32,938 nt of DNA, taken from an archaeon (lineage in GTDB: Archaea; Hydrothermarchaeota; Hydrothermarchaeia; Hydrothermarchaeales; JALUUU01). Every line of letters begins with the position of its first letter. The stretch's first letter is position 1. The notes under the pieces are model-generated. The model saw only the letters and a list, made by a program, of their open reading frames with translations. It did no database searches and was not told the origin of the DNA. Shown here piece by piece: positions 1-8,893 of the stretch. The stretch covers positions 1 through 32,938 of the forward strand of contig JALUUU010000180.1 of assembly GCA_027021185.1 (NCBI GenBank). The letters are read 5' to 3'. A program made the translations under genes and the position numbers.

Positions 1-601
1 CGAGCCCTCTGCAGTCTCTTCCCCATCCCCATGCTTCTGTTCCGCCTGGATTGGTGAGCTTTATAACCAGGCCCTTCGTGGATTTTAGAAGCCACGCAGC
101 GTAGGCCGCCGCTTTCTCTATATGCCCCTCTTTAATGTACTTCATGAGGAACCAGTTGCCGTCGCACAGGGTATAAGCGGCCTTGTCCACCATTGGAATG
201 TCATGGAGCTCTTCGTGGGTATGCCTGGCTATGAGGGGCGGCATCGCCGGGGTGAAAACCGTTGTGTAGCCCATTTTTGAGTAGAGATAGCCCGTTAGAA
301 ATGTGGAAGGCGTTGAAAATCCGCTTCCAGAACGCGTCAGTGCTGTTTTCTTAACAACGAACTTGACGTGATCCTCTGGCCTAAAACTCCTTCCTACGTT
401 TACTTTCCCTCCAGCAACATGGGAGTGTATCTCTACGCCTCCCGGGAACACTATCTTGCCTGATACATCGATTACTTTGGCGCCTCTTTCACTCAGCTTA
501 TCAACTATAACACCATCCTTGATGAGGATGTCCCCTTTATCCCCCTTTACCCCGTTTATGGGGTCGTAAATATAACCATTTTTAAGTATTAACCCTGTCA
601 T
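1..601 (-). CDS. fwdA: Formylmethanofuran dehydrogenase subunit A, N-terminal ~200 aa; the gene runs off the left edge
   Basis: Own translation of the minus strand from the ATG at 601-599: MTGLILKNGYIYDPINGVKGDKGDILIKDGVIV...FPGGVEIHSHVAGGKVNVGRSFRPED...GYTTVFTPAMPPLIARHTHEELHD...NPGGTEAWGWG. This is the typical FwdA/FmdA amidohydrolase-type N-terminus. The start overlaps the fwdD stop (ATGA). It is missing from the ORF track because it is open at the window edge. Confidence 0.85.
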   Translation of the reverse strand, partial: MTGLILKNGYIYDPINGVKGDKGDILIKDGVIVDKLSERGAKVIDVSGKIVFPGGVEIHSHVAGGKVNVGRSFRPEDHVKFVVKKTALTRSGSGFSTPSTFLTGYLYSKMGYTTVFTPAMPPLIARHTHEELHDIPMVDKAAYTLCDGNWFLMKYIKEGHIEKAAAYAAWLLKSTKGLVIKLTNPGGTEAWGWGRDCRGL

Positions 602-993
602 CTTCTCAAATACCTCTGTCTAATAAGCTCTGCAGCGCTTAAGACCTTCTCATCCGGAGCAGGTTCGATAGTGGCTTTCATGCCTTTAAAGGAGGGCATT
701 CCCGTAGACGATGTATCCGGGTTTACCACCGCATTCGCCCACGGTCCCAGGGGCATGAACGCGATTCCTGGGTGAGGCTCCTGGGTCGATTTCACCGCCT
801 TTACAAGAACCTCTCCAGATTCCGTGGACACTTTTACTGTCTCCCCTTCCCTGACTCCAAGTTTTTTCATATCGTCCGGGTCGAGTTCGCACAAGGCTGC
901 GGAGACTGTGTAAGCATCGTATTTCTTGCCCGTCTCCATAGCCTCTCCTTGAGCAATGCTCCTGCATGTTATTAAGGTAACCTCCAGGGACAT
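598..993 (-). CDS. fwdD: Formylmethanofuran dehydrogenase subunit D (molybdopterin-dinucleotide-binding domain protein)
   Basis: 131-aa ORF, MSLEVTLITCRSIAQGEAME...GIAFMPLGPWANAVVNPDTSSTGMPSFKG, matching the FwdD/FmdD size and pattern. It lies directly upstream of fwdA and is translationally coupled to it. Confidence 0.85.
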   Translation of the reverse strand: MSLEVTLITCRSIAQGEAMETGKKYDAYTVSAALCELDPDDMKKLGVREGETVKVSTESGEVLVKAVKSTQEPHPGIAFMPLGPWANAVVNPDTSSTGMPSFKGMKATIEPAPDEKVLSAAELIRQRYLRR

Positions 994-1036
994 ACGATGG
1001 TGGAGCCAAAATTAACATGATTAAATGTAAAAAATA

Positions 1037-1108
1037 TGGACGCGCCGGGATTTGAACCCGGGTTTTAGGGTCCGAAGCCCTACAGCCTATCCGCTAGCTG
1101 ACGCGTCC
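1037..1108 (-). tRNA. tRNA-Arg (anticodon TCG), 72 nt, no intron, CCA not encoded
   Basis: The reverse complement folds by hand as a cloverleaf: acceptor GGACGCG/CGCGTCC, anticodon stem TAGGG/CCCTA, loop CTTCGGA, T arm CCGGG-TTCAAAT-CCCGG, discriminator A. A T-tract (ATTTTTT) follows the 3' end. Confidence 0.9.
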
Positions 1109-1267
1109 AAGGTTGTTGTCGTTAAAGAATAAACCTAATTTAGGGTAAAGGGAGACTCCCCCACCAACTTCTGCCACTGTTTTTTACCTCCTACAAAGTC
1201 TCCCTTTGCCCGATAAATTAATGTAGAGGCATACATAAGCCTTTCGATTTGATTCTGGAGGTAAATC

Positions 1268-1423
1268 ATGGAACTCAGACGGACAACTAGAGGGGAGTAC
1301 TACATAGTCCTCCCCCGGGACCTCATCAGGGTTGTTAAATGGCGGGAAGGCGATAAAATTGAGGCCATCCCTGGCTCAGAGGCCGAGGCGAAAAATGAAG
1401 ATATCATCTTAAGGAGGAAATAA
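1268..1423 (+). CDS. Small AbrB/SpoVT-fold (VapB-like) DNA-binding protein, 51 aa
   Basis: Not in the track because it is under 60 aa. Sequence: MELRRTTRGEYYIVLPRDLIRVVKWREGDKIEAIPGSEAEAKNEDIILRRK. The YYIVLPRDL...GDKIE pattern is the swapped-hairpin AbrB/SpoVT signature. A strong SD, GGAGGT (1257-1262), lies 5 nt before the ATG. The 3' end overlaps the convergent PfkB gene by 20 nt. Confidence 0.6.
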   Translation: MELRRTTRGEYYIVLPRDLIRVVKWREGDKIEAIPGSEAEAKNEDIILRRK

Positions 1424-2309
1424 ACTCCTGGATATCATTCTTTCTAGGCAGGGCTGTCCTAGCCCCTACGGCCTCCACGCAGAGAGATGCTAGTTTGTTG
1501 CCCAGCTTACCGCAGCTCCTAAGATCAAAGTTTTTTAACATCCCAAAGATGAATCCTGCTGCAAATGCGTCTCCCGCCCCAGTTGTATCGACGGCTCTAG
1601 CGGGATATCCAGGTATCTCTTCTCCACCCCTTTGAGTAGACACATAACATCCCTCCTTCCCCAAGGTCACAGAAACTATTTCTACACCCAAGTTCAAAAG
1701 CTCTTCAACACCATCTGGATGTTCCTTGCCAGTGAGGAGATACAGCTCCTCCCTGTTTAAAAACACGATATGACTTTTTTGGAGTATGTCCCGTATAGCA
1801 TTGATCCCTCTTCTAGCATAAAGCATCCCCGGGGAGAAAGTTATATTTGCTCTAAGTCCGCCGAGGAGGCTTCTCTGAGACTCCAGAGATGTATCGCCGA
1901 CGAAGGAGGATAGATGAACATATTTCGCCTTTCCGGCATAATTCCGTTTTTGGTCATTGATGACAAGTTCGTTGTTGACCCCGGGATATGCATAGAGAAC
2001 CCGTTCCCCCTCCATGTCAACTAACCCGATTATCTCCCCAGTATCACCATTAACATGGGATATACCCCCTATATCAACACCTTCTCCGCGGAGTTCCGAT
2101 AGGATTAAGTCGCCCTCTATATCTTTACCCACCATCCCAATAAAACCTGTTTCAAGACCTAATCTGGCGAGGCCTACGATTGTATTGGCGGCCGATCCCC
2201 CTCCTCCACAAAACCGGGAGTTTACCATTACCTCCTCCCCCGGCTTAGCGACCCTTGGAACCCTGTAAAGCCGGTCAAAGTTTAGGGCGCCTACGCCCAC
2301 CACATCCAA
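1404..2309 (-). CDS. PfkB-family carbohydrate/nucleoside kinase (ribokinase-like)
   Basis: 301 aa with an N-terminal GG motif (GGGGSAANT) and the C-terminal DTTGAGDAF anion-hole/catalytic motif of the ribokinase/PfkB family. The track start is TTG; GTG codons 2-3 codons downstream are alternatives. Confidence 0.85.
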   Translation of the reverse strand: MDVVGVGALNFDRLYRVPRVAKPGEEVMVNSRFCGGGGSAANTIVGLARLGLETGFIGMVGKDIEGDLILSELRGEGVDIGGISHVNGDTGEIIGLVDMEGERVLYAYPGVNNELVINDQKRNYAGKAKYVHLSSFVGDTSLESQRSLLGGLRANITFSPGMLYARRGINAIRDILQKSHIVFLNREELYLLTGKEHPDGVEELLNLGVEIVSVTLGKEGCYVSTQRGGEEIPGYPARAVDTTGAGDAFAAGFIFGMLKNFDLRSCGKLGNKLASLCVEAVGARTALPRKNDIQEFISSLR

Positions 2310-2313
2310 GGCG

Positions 2314-5010
2314 TTAACCCCCGCTCTGCCTCTTTTCGAGTTCGGTCAGGACTTCTTTCAGAGCCTCAAGCTCTTCCCCGTATCCAGACCAGTTGCCCTG
2401 TTTGAGATACTCCTGGGCCTTATCGTAGTGCTCTACAGCCTCCTCAATGAGCTGCGATATGGTTTTTTCTTTCCTCTCGATCTCGGGGGGCTTCTCCACT
2501 ACCACCTCTCCGAAGATGACAGCCAACGAGTCCTCAAGGGTTTCCTGCATGGTCAATCTGTCCCCGAAGGCCACTATAACACGTTTAAGCTCAGGCAGAG
2601 CCCCGGGCTGCTCCGCCCTCAGGTATATGGGCTCGATGTATAGAAGAGAGTCCTCTATAGGAATGGCCAGCAGGTTGCCTCTTATAACCCTGGTGCCGAC
2701 CTGGCTCCATAGGGTGAATAGCTGGCTTATCTCAGGATCCTGATCTATCCTCGCCTCTATCTGCATGGGACCGTAGATGAGCTTTTCTTTGGGGAACGTG
2801 TAAACAATCTTCTCCCCATATCTGGGCATGTCGCTTCTGGCTGCCATCCATGCTATCATGTTATCTTTTCCCCTTGGGGTGAAGGGGAGAAGGAGGATGA
2901 ATTCTTCTTTTTCTTCATTGGGGAGCTTAGTGATTAGGTAATAGGGATCCATTGTAATCCGGTTGCCCTCATAAAGCTCTGTTGGAACCTCCCACACGTC
3001 CTCTTTGTTGTAGAACACCCTGGGATCCCTCATGTGGTACACGGCGTACTTAGAGGCTTGTACGGTGAAGAGGTCCTCTGGATAACGGATGTGTTTTTTA
3101 AGATCCGGGGGCATCTCCGAGAAGGATTTGAACAGGGAGGGGAATACCTTCATGTACGTCTTTATCAAGGGATCCTCCTCATCCGTGACGTAGAAGTCTA
3201 TGGTTCCGTCATAGGCGTCTGTCACAACTTTCACGGAGTTTCTGATGTAGTTTATATTCTCAAAAGGCTCTGAATAGGGATACCTATCAGACACGGTGTA
3301 GGCATCGTGCATCCAGAAAAGCCTGCCTTCGGAGAGGACTATATACGGGTCCCTGTCGTACCTGAGAAAAGGAGCGATACTTCCAGCTCGCTCCCTGATC
3401 TCTCTCTTTATCAATATTCTGCTTTCGGGAGTTATGGATTCGCTGACAAAGAGCTTGATGGTGCCGTACTGCAAGGCCATGGCGGCTTTGCGGAATACCG
3501 AGTTTAGGCTGATTCCTGCCTTGCCTTCATAGGTGGTGTATACGTTTTCCTCTCCTTTCGGATAATCGAATTCATTGGTTGTGGTCTTTACTACAACAAA
3601 GGTATCAGTGAGCTCTCCGTAGTATATCTCCGGCCTTTTTATCTCAAAAATCTCTGACTTCGGCGGTATGTCTTTAATATAGAGCACGGGTAGTCCTTCG
3701 CTGGAGACAAACCTAACGGGGCTCATAGCAAGGCCGTATCCATGGGTGTAGAAGAGATGGATGTTCACCCATGTCTTGGACTTATCGTCCAGGGCGGCAA
3801 ACTTGAATTCCCTGGCCCCAACCATCACCTGTCTGTAGTCACCGTCAATTTCGTATCTGTCTATGTCTACATCGTTGAATTCGTAGTAAGTTCTTATGAG
3901 CTGAAGCTGCCTATAGGTTCTCAGGAGAGGTTTCCAGTCCCACAGGCGTATGTTATCAATGGTTAGATTGTTCCGCTTAATGTCTTCGATGGTAAGGTCG
4001 TACTCAGCCGGAAATTCGACTTCTTTAACCTCCTCCAGGTCATAGGCTTTCAGGGTATATTCAATGTTATACTCTATGTACTGCTTCTCCATGTTGAACT
4101 CGTCCGGCTCAACTTTGTATTGCTGGACCAATCCCACCAAAACGTTTCCCACCATGCCCACGACTACGATTAGAGCTATTCCCACAGCTGGCAGCCTGAG
4201 ATCCTGTTTTTTAACGCTGAAGAACAAAAGACCCGAGGCCACGAGGGCGACAACGGCGAGAACTGTCAGAAGGGGAAGCTGCACCTTTATATCCGCATAT
4301 CCTGCTCCGTGAACAACCCCTTTTGTTGAGTAAAGAATAGAATACCTGTCCAGCAGGTAACCCACGGACAGTATCGCCAGCAAAACCCCCACCATAAAAG
4401 CTAAATGGGCTATGGCCTCCTTCGAGAGTTTAGGAAACTCGATAGTGAACTGGCCGGTGAACTCCTCGAATTCAGGCTCTCTCTTGACAAGCGGCTTCCC
4501 ATAGAGCAGGTATATGACGCCGCTGATTATGGTCACCGCCACCAGCCCATAGAACACGACGCCCCATATGAACTTGTAGAAAGGCAAGGTAAAGAAGTAA
4601 AAGGATATGTCCTTCATGAACACAGGGTCGTCGATGCCGAAGGGGGTGGAATTTAGAAATAGGAGAGTGAGCTCCCAGCCTGCGCTCACCGCGTAGCCAA
4701 GGAGCAAGGCGAATAAGAGGATGAGAGCTAGAGTGATAGTACTCAGGGACCTCTCTTCCCCAAGGGTGTTCCTGAAGGCGACCTTAATGTTATAAGCTGT
4801 AACCGCGAAGAAAAAAGCGGTCCCTATGACCGCCATGGCTATTTTTGTCTTTAAAATAGTTAAGAAGACGCCGAGATAGCCTACTTCCTGAAACCACAGA
4901 TAGTCAACATAAACGCCTGCCAATGCCGGCAGGAACATAACTATCGCAACAGCTGCTCCTATAAGGATGTACGTCATCCGCGGCATAGAGGGGATGGTTG
5001 GTTGAGGCAT
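2314..5010 (-). CDS. UPF0182-family large membrane protein
   Basis: 898 aa. The N-terminal multi-TM region contains the DYLWFQEVGY motif characteristic of UPF0182, followed by a large soluble region. Confidence 0.75.
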   Translation of the reverse strand: MPQPTIPSMPRMTYILIGAAVAIVMFLPALAGVYVDYLWFQEVGYLGVFLTILKTKIAMAVIGTAFFFAVTAYNIKVAFRNTLGEERSLSTITLALILLFALLLGYAVSAGWELTLLFLNSTPFGIDDPVFMKDISFYFFTLPFYKFIWGVVFYGLVAVTIISGVIYLLYGKPLVKREPEFEEFTGQFTIEFPKLSKEAIAHLAFMVGVLLAILSVGYLLDRYSILYSTKGVVHGAGYADIKVQLPLLTVLAVVALVASGLLFFSVKKQDLRLPAVGIALIVVVGMVGNVLVGLVQQYKVEPDEFNMEKQYIEYNIEYTLKAYDLEEVKEVEFPAEYDLTIEDIKRNNLTIDNIRLWDWKPLLRTYRQLQLIRTYYEFNDVDIDRYEIDGDYRQVMVGAREFKFAALDDKSKTWVNIHLFYTHGYGLAMSPVRFVSSEGLPVLYIKDIPPKSEIFEIKRPEIYYGELTDTFVVVKTTTNEFDYPKGEENVYTTYEGKAGISLNSVFRKAAMALQYGTIKLFVSESITPESRILIKREIRERAGSIAPFLRYDRDPYIVLSEGRLFWMHDAYTVSDRYPYSEPFENINYIRNSVKVVTDAYDGTIDFYVTDEEDPLIKTYMKVFPSLFKSFSEMPPDLKKHIRYPEDLFTVQASKYAVYHMRDPRVFYNKEDVWEVPTELYEGNRITMDPYYLITKLPNEEKEEFILLLPFTPRGKDNMIAWMAARSDMPRYGEKIVYTFPKEKLIYGPMQIEARIDQDPEISQLFTLWSQVGTRVIRGNLLAIPIEDSLLYIEPIYLRAEQPGALPELKRVIVAFGDRLTMQETLEDSLAVIFGEVVVEKPPEIERKEKTISQLIEEAVEHYDKAQEYLKQGNWSGYGEELEALKEVLTELEKRQSGG

Positions 5011-5032
5011 AGATGTTATTCCCTTAGCAGAG

Positions 5033-5040
5033 TATTTAAA
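5033..5040 (-). promoter_or_regulatory. Candidate TATA box (TTTAAATA on the minus strand) for the UPF0182 gene
   Basis: Sits about 23-30 nt upstream of the ATG at 5010, which suggests a leaderless or very short-leader archaeal transcript. It lies between the left IS target duplication and the gene. Confidence 0.45.
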
Positions 5041-5043
5041 CCT

Positions 5044-5051
5044 TCAGGCAA
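5044..5051. repeat. Left copy of the 8-bp target-site duplication TCAGGCAA
   Basis: An identical 8-mer occurs at 6462-6469. The two copies directly flank imperfect terminal inverted repeats, and the bases just outside the 8-mer differ on both sides. Confidence 0.65.
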
Positions 5052-6461
5052 GCATGTGTTTAGCACACCCGTCTGATAATCTCGTCGTAAGGATTTAAAC
5101 CTTGCTGTCTCCATGTGGCTAAGCAACTCATAACGGTTTCATGAATCCCCGTACCCTCCTCGTACCGGAGGGTGCCAATAATCTTCCGTATCACCACATG
5201 CTCCCAAAGGGCATGTACCGCCCCGTTGATAGTCGGCTCCACCCCTGCGTGGAGCACGAAGATGAGCAGGCGCTTCAACGCGGTCTTCACCTTGACTACA
5301 AACCTAGCCACCCGTCTGGCGGCATACTCCTCCCCCAGCCAGCATCTCAGAGCTGCCAGGGCGTTTCGGTGCAGCCTCGCCCTCTCCCCGGGAGGCGGGT
5401 CCTTGGCCATGTCAGAAACCAGCCTCGCATACAGGGCAGTGCAGGGCCTTGCAGAATGCCTCGGCCTCCGGCTCTCTTTCAGCAACGAACCCTGCCTCCC
5501 GTAGTATATGGGCCCAGCACCGCTGAATATTCGAGCTGTAGTTGCTGTAGCTCCTGTGGCTGTCGCAGACGATGACGCCTCCGTAATTCTTCCCCGGAAC
5601 CTCCCGCAGCACCTTCTTCCTCCCTGCTATGCCTCATCACCACGAGGGCGTCAGCCTCATTCGTGAAGACCCAGATCCAGTACTTCGCTCCGTTAACCCT
5701 TATGCCTGCCTCATCAATGTAGACCACCTCCACCTGCCGGATGCGTTTCTTGATCTCCCCGTATCCATCCTTCAGGGCATGGCTCACCCGCCTTGTAACC
5801 TCCAAGACGGTGGCGGGTGCGACCTCCAGGCCGAACCCCCTCTTAAGGGCTCTGCACACTTTCCTGTGGGGCAGGCGGTCATCGAACTTCAAGATGGTGA
5901 CCTGGGCAAGAGCCCTTGGGTCGAGCCTTCCCCTGGTGGGGCACTCTGGATGCCTTGCTATCAAATGCTCCCCGCAGACACGGCAGTCATGATGTGCCTG
6001 GCGGAAGTCGGTTACGGTGACCGCCCAAGGCAGGGGTATCTTCCTCGATGATCCTGTACTCGACTTTCACCGGCTCGCCCCAACGGGGAATGGCACTATG
6101 GACATGCCATTTCCGTCACGTCAACCATTCTTTCAGGCATAGGTGTCGGTCTGGTCGTGCCTTTATGCCCCTTGAGTCTGCCCGGAGAGCTGGGTTTAGG
6201 CTTTACCTGTTTCTTCTTCCGCAGACTAGGTGGTGTGTGAAGGTTCTCATATTACGCTAGTCTGGCCTCAAGTTCTGCGTTACGTTTCTCCAGCTCTGCT
6301 ATCCGCTCCAATAACTCCTGGACAAGCTGCTGGAGATGACAGGCGGCGCAGGCCTGGCTTGCTGGGACAGAAACAGCTGCCATGAAAGGCGGCGCGCCCC
6401 CGGCACTTATATAGGGGTTAGCCGAGGGCACGGGAAAACTGTTAATAAGCTAAACACGTAC
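5052..6461 (-). mobile_element. Degenerate IS66-family insertion sequence (single-transposase type), 1410 bp
   Basis: Terminal inverted repeats are GCATGTGTTTAGC (left) and, reverse-complemented, GTACGTGTTTAGC (right), an 11/13 match. They are flanked by the 8-bp direct repeat TCAGGCAA; 8 bp is the IS66-family TSD length. Interior ORF fragments carry IS66 transposase motifs. Confidence 0.75.
5060..6383 (-). pseudogene. IS66-family transposase, disrupted by in-frame stops and several frameshifts
   Basis: Own translation. The N-terminal coiled coil (LQQLVQELLERIAELEKRNAELEARLA) ends at a TAA. The next segment, YENLHTPPSLRKKK...GRLKGHKGTTRP, ends at a TAG inside a CPxC motif. The remainder is spread over three frames (track ORFs 5479..5964, 5412..5612 and 5060..5485) and includes YIDEAGIRVNGAKYWIWVFT and GVIVCDSHRSY...QRCWAHILREA. 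Confidence 0.8.
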
Positions 6462-6469
6462 TCAGGCAA
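6462..6469. repeat. Right copy of the 8-bp target-site duplication TCAGGCAA
   Basis: Identical to 5044-5051. Its first three bases (TCA) are the TGA stop codon of the MarC-family gene on the minus strand. Confidence 0.65.
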
Positions 6470-7088
6470 TGTTCATCGCCTCTTTTATCCCCGTTACCAC
6501 GAACTGCACAGCTATCGCCGAGAGCAGGAGACCCATGACCCTGACCACAACTCTGGTGCCCACGTATCCTAGAGCTCTAAATATGCCTGACGACCTGGTA
6601 AGGATGAAATATGCAAGGAGAAACACTAGGAGAATGCTCCCTATTACCGTAAGCTCCTCTCCCGTTTCGGTGGCTGTGTTGTATAGAACTATCCCCGTGG
6701 TTATAGCGCCTGGTCCGGTGAGGAGGGGCACTGCTAAGGGAGTTGCAGCCACATCGTCTCTTGCTTTGGCCTCATCCTCTTCTTCCTTGGAGCTTGTGGT
6801 TTTACTCCGCCTCCCGAAGAGCATTTCCACGGCTATGATGAACAATAAGATACCGCCAGCTATCTTGAATGAATACATCTCTATCCCCAGGTATTCGAAG
6901 ATAAACCTGCCAGAGAAGGTGAATATCAGCAACACAATCGCAGCAGTTATAACTGCTTTTCTTATTATATACCTCCTTGACTCCGGTCTGAAACCCTCCA
7001 ATATGGACAGGAAAACGGGGACATTGGCTATCGGGTCAACAACTATGAACATGACAGTGAATGAATAAATAGCAAAAGCAATGTCCAT
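6462..7088 (-). CDS. MarC-family (UPF0056) integral membrane protein
   Basis: About 208 aa with a typical MarC pattern (VDPIANVPVFLSIL ... FKIAGGILLFIIAVEMLFG). The ATG at 7088 shares one base with the upstream DedA stop (TGATG); the track start at 7091 is a TTG one codon upstream. Confidence 0.85.
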   Translation of the reverse strand: MDIAFAIYSFTVMFIVVDPIANVPVFLSILEGFRPESRRYIIRKAVITAAIVLLIFTFSGRFIFEYLGIEMYSFKIAGGILLFIIAVEMLFGRRSKTTSSKEEEDEAKARDDVAATPLAVPLLTGPGAITTGIVLYNTATETGEELTVIGSILLVFLLAYFILTRSSGIFRALGYVGTRVVVRVMGLLLSAIAVQFVVTGIKEAMNIA

Positions 7089-7663
7089 CAACTGTTCCCC
7101 CTGTGCATAACGAGGAGGTAATACGCCCCGATACCTAGAACTACTAACATGATAGTAGTACCATATCCTGCGGGATCAGTGATATACTTGTGGGCCTTTT
7201 GGACCAGCATCTCAGTCTTGTCCGCGTTGTTCAGGTAGTACGGCTGAAGGATCTTAGCTTCAAGATAGAACCGTAAAAATGCCCCGAGACCTGTGAAGAA
7301 AGAGAAATGAGCAACGCTGTAGCGCATCCCCCCCGCTATTATAGAAACCGGCTTACTGGGAAAGAAGGGTATCATCCTGGCGAGAAATAGCGCCCAGCTT
7401 CCGTATTTGTAGAAGAATCTTTTTCCTTTCTCCTCCTCTTTTGGGCTGAGCTTTATGAAATGCGAGCCGGCGTAGCCCAGGAGATAGTCTATTAAGGCCC
7501 CTATCACCGTGAACACGAGGCCGATGGCGCCTATCGCTATTGGGGTTAGGGGGATGGACAGGCCGTATATTATTGAAATCTCCAAGGGAACTATACCAAA
7601 AGCTGTGTCGAGGACGATGAGGAGAATAAGGAACAGGACCGGATTGTCCGGCAACAGTATCAT
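7088..7663 (-). CDS. DedA/VTT-domain (SNARE-associated) membrane protein
   Basis: 191 aa, multi-TM, with the central motif YGSWALFLARMIPFFPSKPVSIIAGGMRYS typical of the DedA/TVP38 family. Confidence 0.75.
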   Translation of the reverse strand: MILLPDNPVLFLILLIVLDTAFGIVPLEISIIYGLSIPLTPIAIGAIGLVFTVIGALIDYLLGYAGSHFIKLSPKEEEKGKRFFYKYGSWALFLARMIPFFPSKPVSIIAGGMRYSVAHFSFFTGLGAFLRFYLEAKILQPYYLNNADKTEMLVQKAHKYITDPAGYGTTIMLVVLGIGAYYLLVMHRGNS

Positions 7664-7739
7664 AAAATTTCACTACATACATCCACCTTAAATTACTTTT
7701 CTCTATCCAACATTTCATAAAAAGAAAAAAGGAAAAGGG

Positions 7740-8201
7740 CTACTCAATCTTGATGCTTTTGCCCTTTTCCTTTACCTCTGCCTTAGGCAAGACGACTTCT
7801 AATACACCGTTTTTGTATGTCGCCTTAGCCTTGTCAGGCTTTACCTTGGCGGGCAGCGTATAGGAGCGGTAGTACCTGCCGAAGCTACGCTCTTTTCTGT
7901 AGTATCCCTTCTCCTCAATTTTCTTCTCTTCTTTGGTTTCTGCAGAGATTTCTATGGTGTCCTCTGTGGCATTGATTTTGATGTCTTTTTTCTCCACTCC
8001 AGGGAGCTCCGCCGTTACTATAACGCTGTCTTTTGTTTCCATTATATCCGTGAATGGCTCTCTGATTGCCTCTTCCATGGGCTGCGGACGCCATCCCGGT
8101 CTCGGAAGACCTCTACGGGGCCCTCTCCCCCACAGTTCACGAAGAAGGCGATTCATTCGTCGCTCAATATCTCTCATCTCCTCCATAGGATCCCACCACA
8201 T
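7740..8201 (-). CDS. Small heat-shock protein, Hsp20/alpha-crystallin family
   Basis: 153 aa. The alpha-crystallin domain pattern is present (DIMETKDSVIVTAELPGVEKKDIKI ... FGRYYRSYTLPAKV ... ATYKNGVLEVVLPK). Confidence 0.9.
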   Translation of the reverse strand: MWWDPMEEMRDIERRMNRLLRELWGRGPRRGLPRPGWRPQPMEEAIREPFTDIMETKDSVIVTAELPGVEKKDIKINATEDTIEISAETKEEKKIEEKGYYRKERSFGRYYRSYTLPAKVKPDKAKATYKNGVLEVVLPKAEVKEKGKSIKIE

Positions 8202-8254
8202 AGAAACTCACCCCCAATGTTATATTAATTCCCAGGAATCATAAAATTTTCGGT

Positions 8255-8893
8255 ATGGACCTTAAAAAACTGGCCCAGCTACAGGTTCAAATGGCAAAAA
8301 AAGTAGTTTTAAGGGACGGCTTTTCGAAACTCGAAAAAATAGCAGGAGTTGATATAGCATACAAAAAGAACAAAGCCTTTGCAGCGGCGGTCGTCCTCGA
8401 CTTCAGAGAAATGTCCCTCTTGGAGGTTAGGATTAGGGTAATGAACGTATCTTTCCCATACATACCAGGGTTTCTCTCATTCAGAGAAGCTGAACCCATG
8501 AAGTCAGCTATCTTGTCTCTTACTCAGGATTATGATGTCCTGCTGGTTAACGGTCATGGAATAGCTCATCCCCGGGGACTGGGGATAGCATCGCATATAG
8601 GGGTTGAGCTGGGAGTTCCATCAGTGGGGGTGGCAAAAGGCCTTCTCTGTGGAGAGGTGAAGGAGGATTCGGAGAAGGAGGCTGTGCCCGTGTTTTTCGA
8701 GGATGAAGTAGTGGGATATAGGATTATCCCCGGGAGAAAAAGGCGCCCCATATACGTGAGCCCAGGGAATCTTGTTTCCTTGAAATCGTCCCTTGAGATC
8801 GTTAAGGCATGTCTGAGGAGACATTCGCTGCCGGAGCCGCTGTACGAGGCTCACCGCGCCGCAGCTGAGGCTAAGAGAAAATGCGCTACCTAA
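8255..8893 (+). CDS. nfi: Endonuclease V (deoxyinosine 3' endonuclease)
   Basis: 212 aa with EndoV motifs: GVDIAY, SFPYIPGFLSFRE, VNGHGIAHPRGLGIASHIGV. Its 3' end overlaps the convergent HerA-like gene by 8 nt. Confidence 0.9.
   Translation: MDLKKLAQLQVQMAKKVVLRDGFSKLEKIAGVDIAYKKNKAFAAAVVLDFREMSLLEVRIRVMNVSFPYIPGFLSFREAEPMKSAILSLTQDYDVLLVNGHGIAHPRGLGIASHIGVELGVPSVGVAKGLLCGEVKEDSEKEAVPVFFEDEVVGYRIIPGRKRRPIYVSPGNLVSLKSSLEIVKACLRRHSLPEPLYEAHRAAAEAKRKCAT

Noticed and set aside
1150-1160. The palindrome GGGAGACTCCC between tRNA-Arg and the AbrB-like ORF, considered as a possible operator or hairpin.
   Set aside because: It is too short, the 1-nt loop cannot form a hairpin, and it occurs only once.
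6096-6098. An in-frame TAG inside the CP-x-C zinc-finger motif of the IS66 transposase (MACP-TAG-CHSPLG). This could in principle be a pyrrolysine codon, as reported for some Methanosarcina transposases.
   Set aside because: The same gene also has an in-frame TAA and several frameshifts, so it is simply a pseudogene. Nothing in the window (no pyl genes) supports UAG recoding.
6469-7068. Long antisense ORFs in the track. Examples are 6469..7068 (+), 9306..9824 (+), 10011..10436 (+), 14269..14691 (-), 17449..17889 (+), 18957..19364 (-), 22644..23015 (+), 24882..25349 (+) and 30519..31043 (+).
   Set aside because: Each lies opposite a gene with clear family motifs. Their sequences are low-complexity and rich in Ser/Pro/Arg, with no recognisable motifs. 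This is typical of shadow ORFs.
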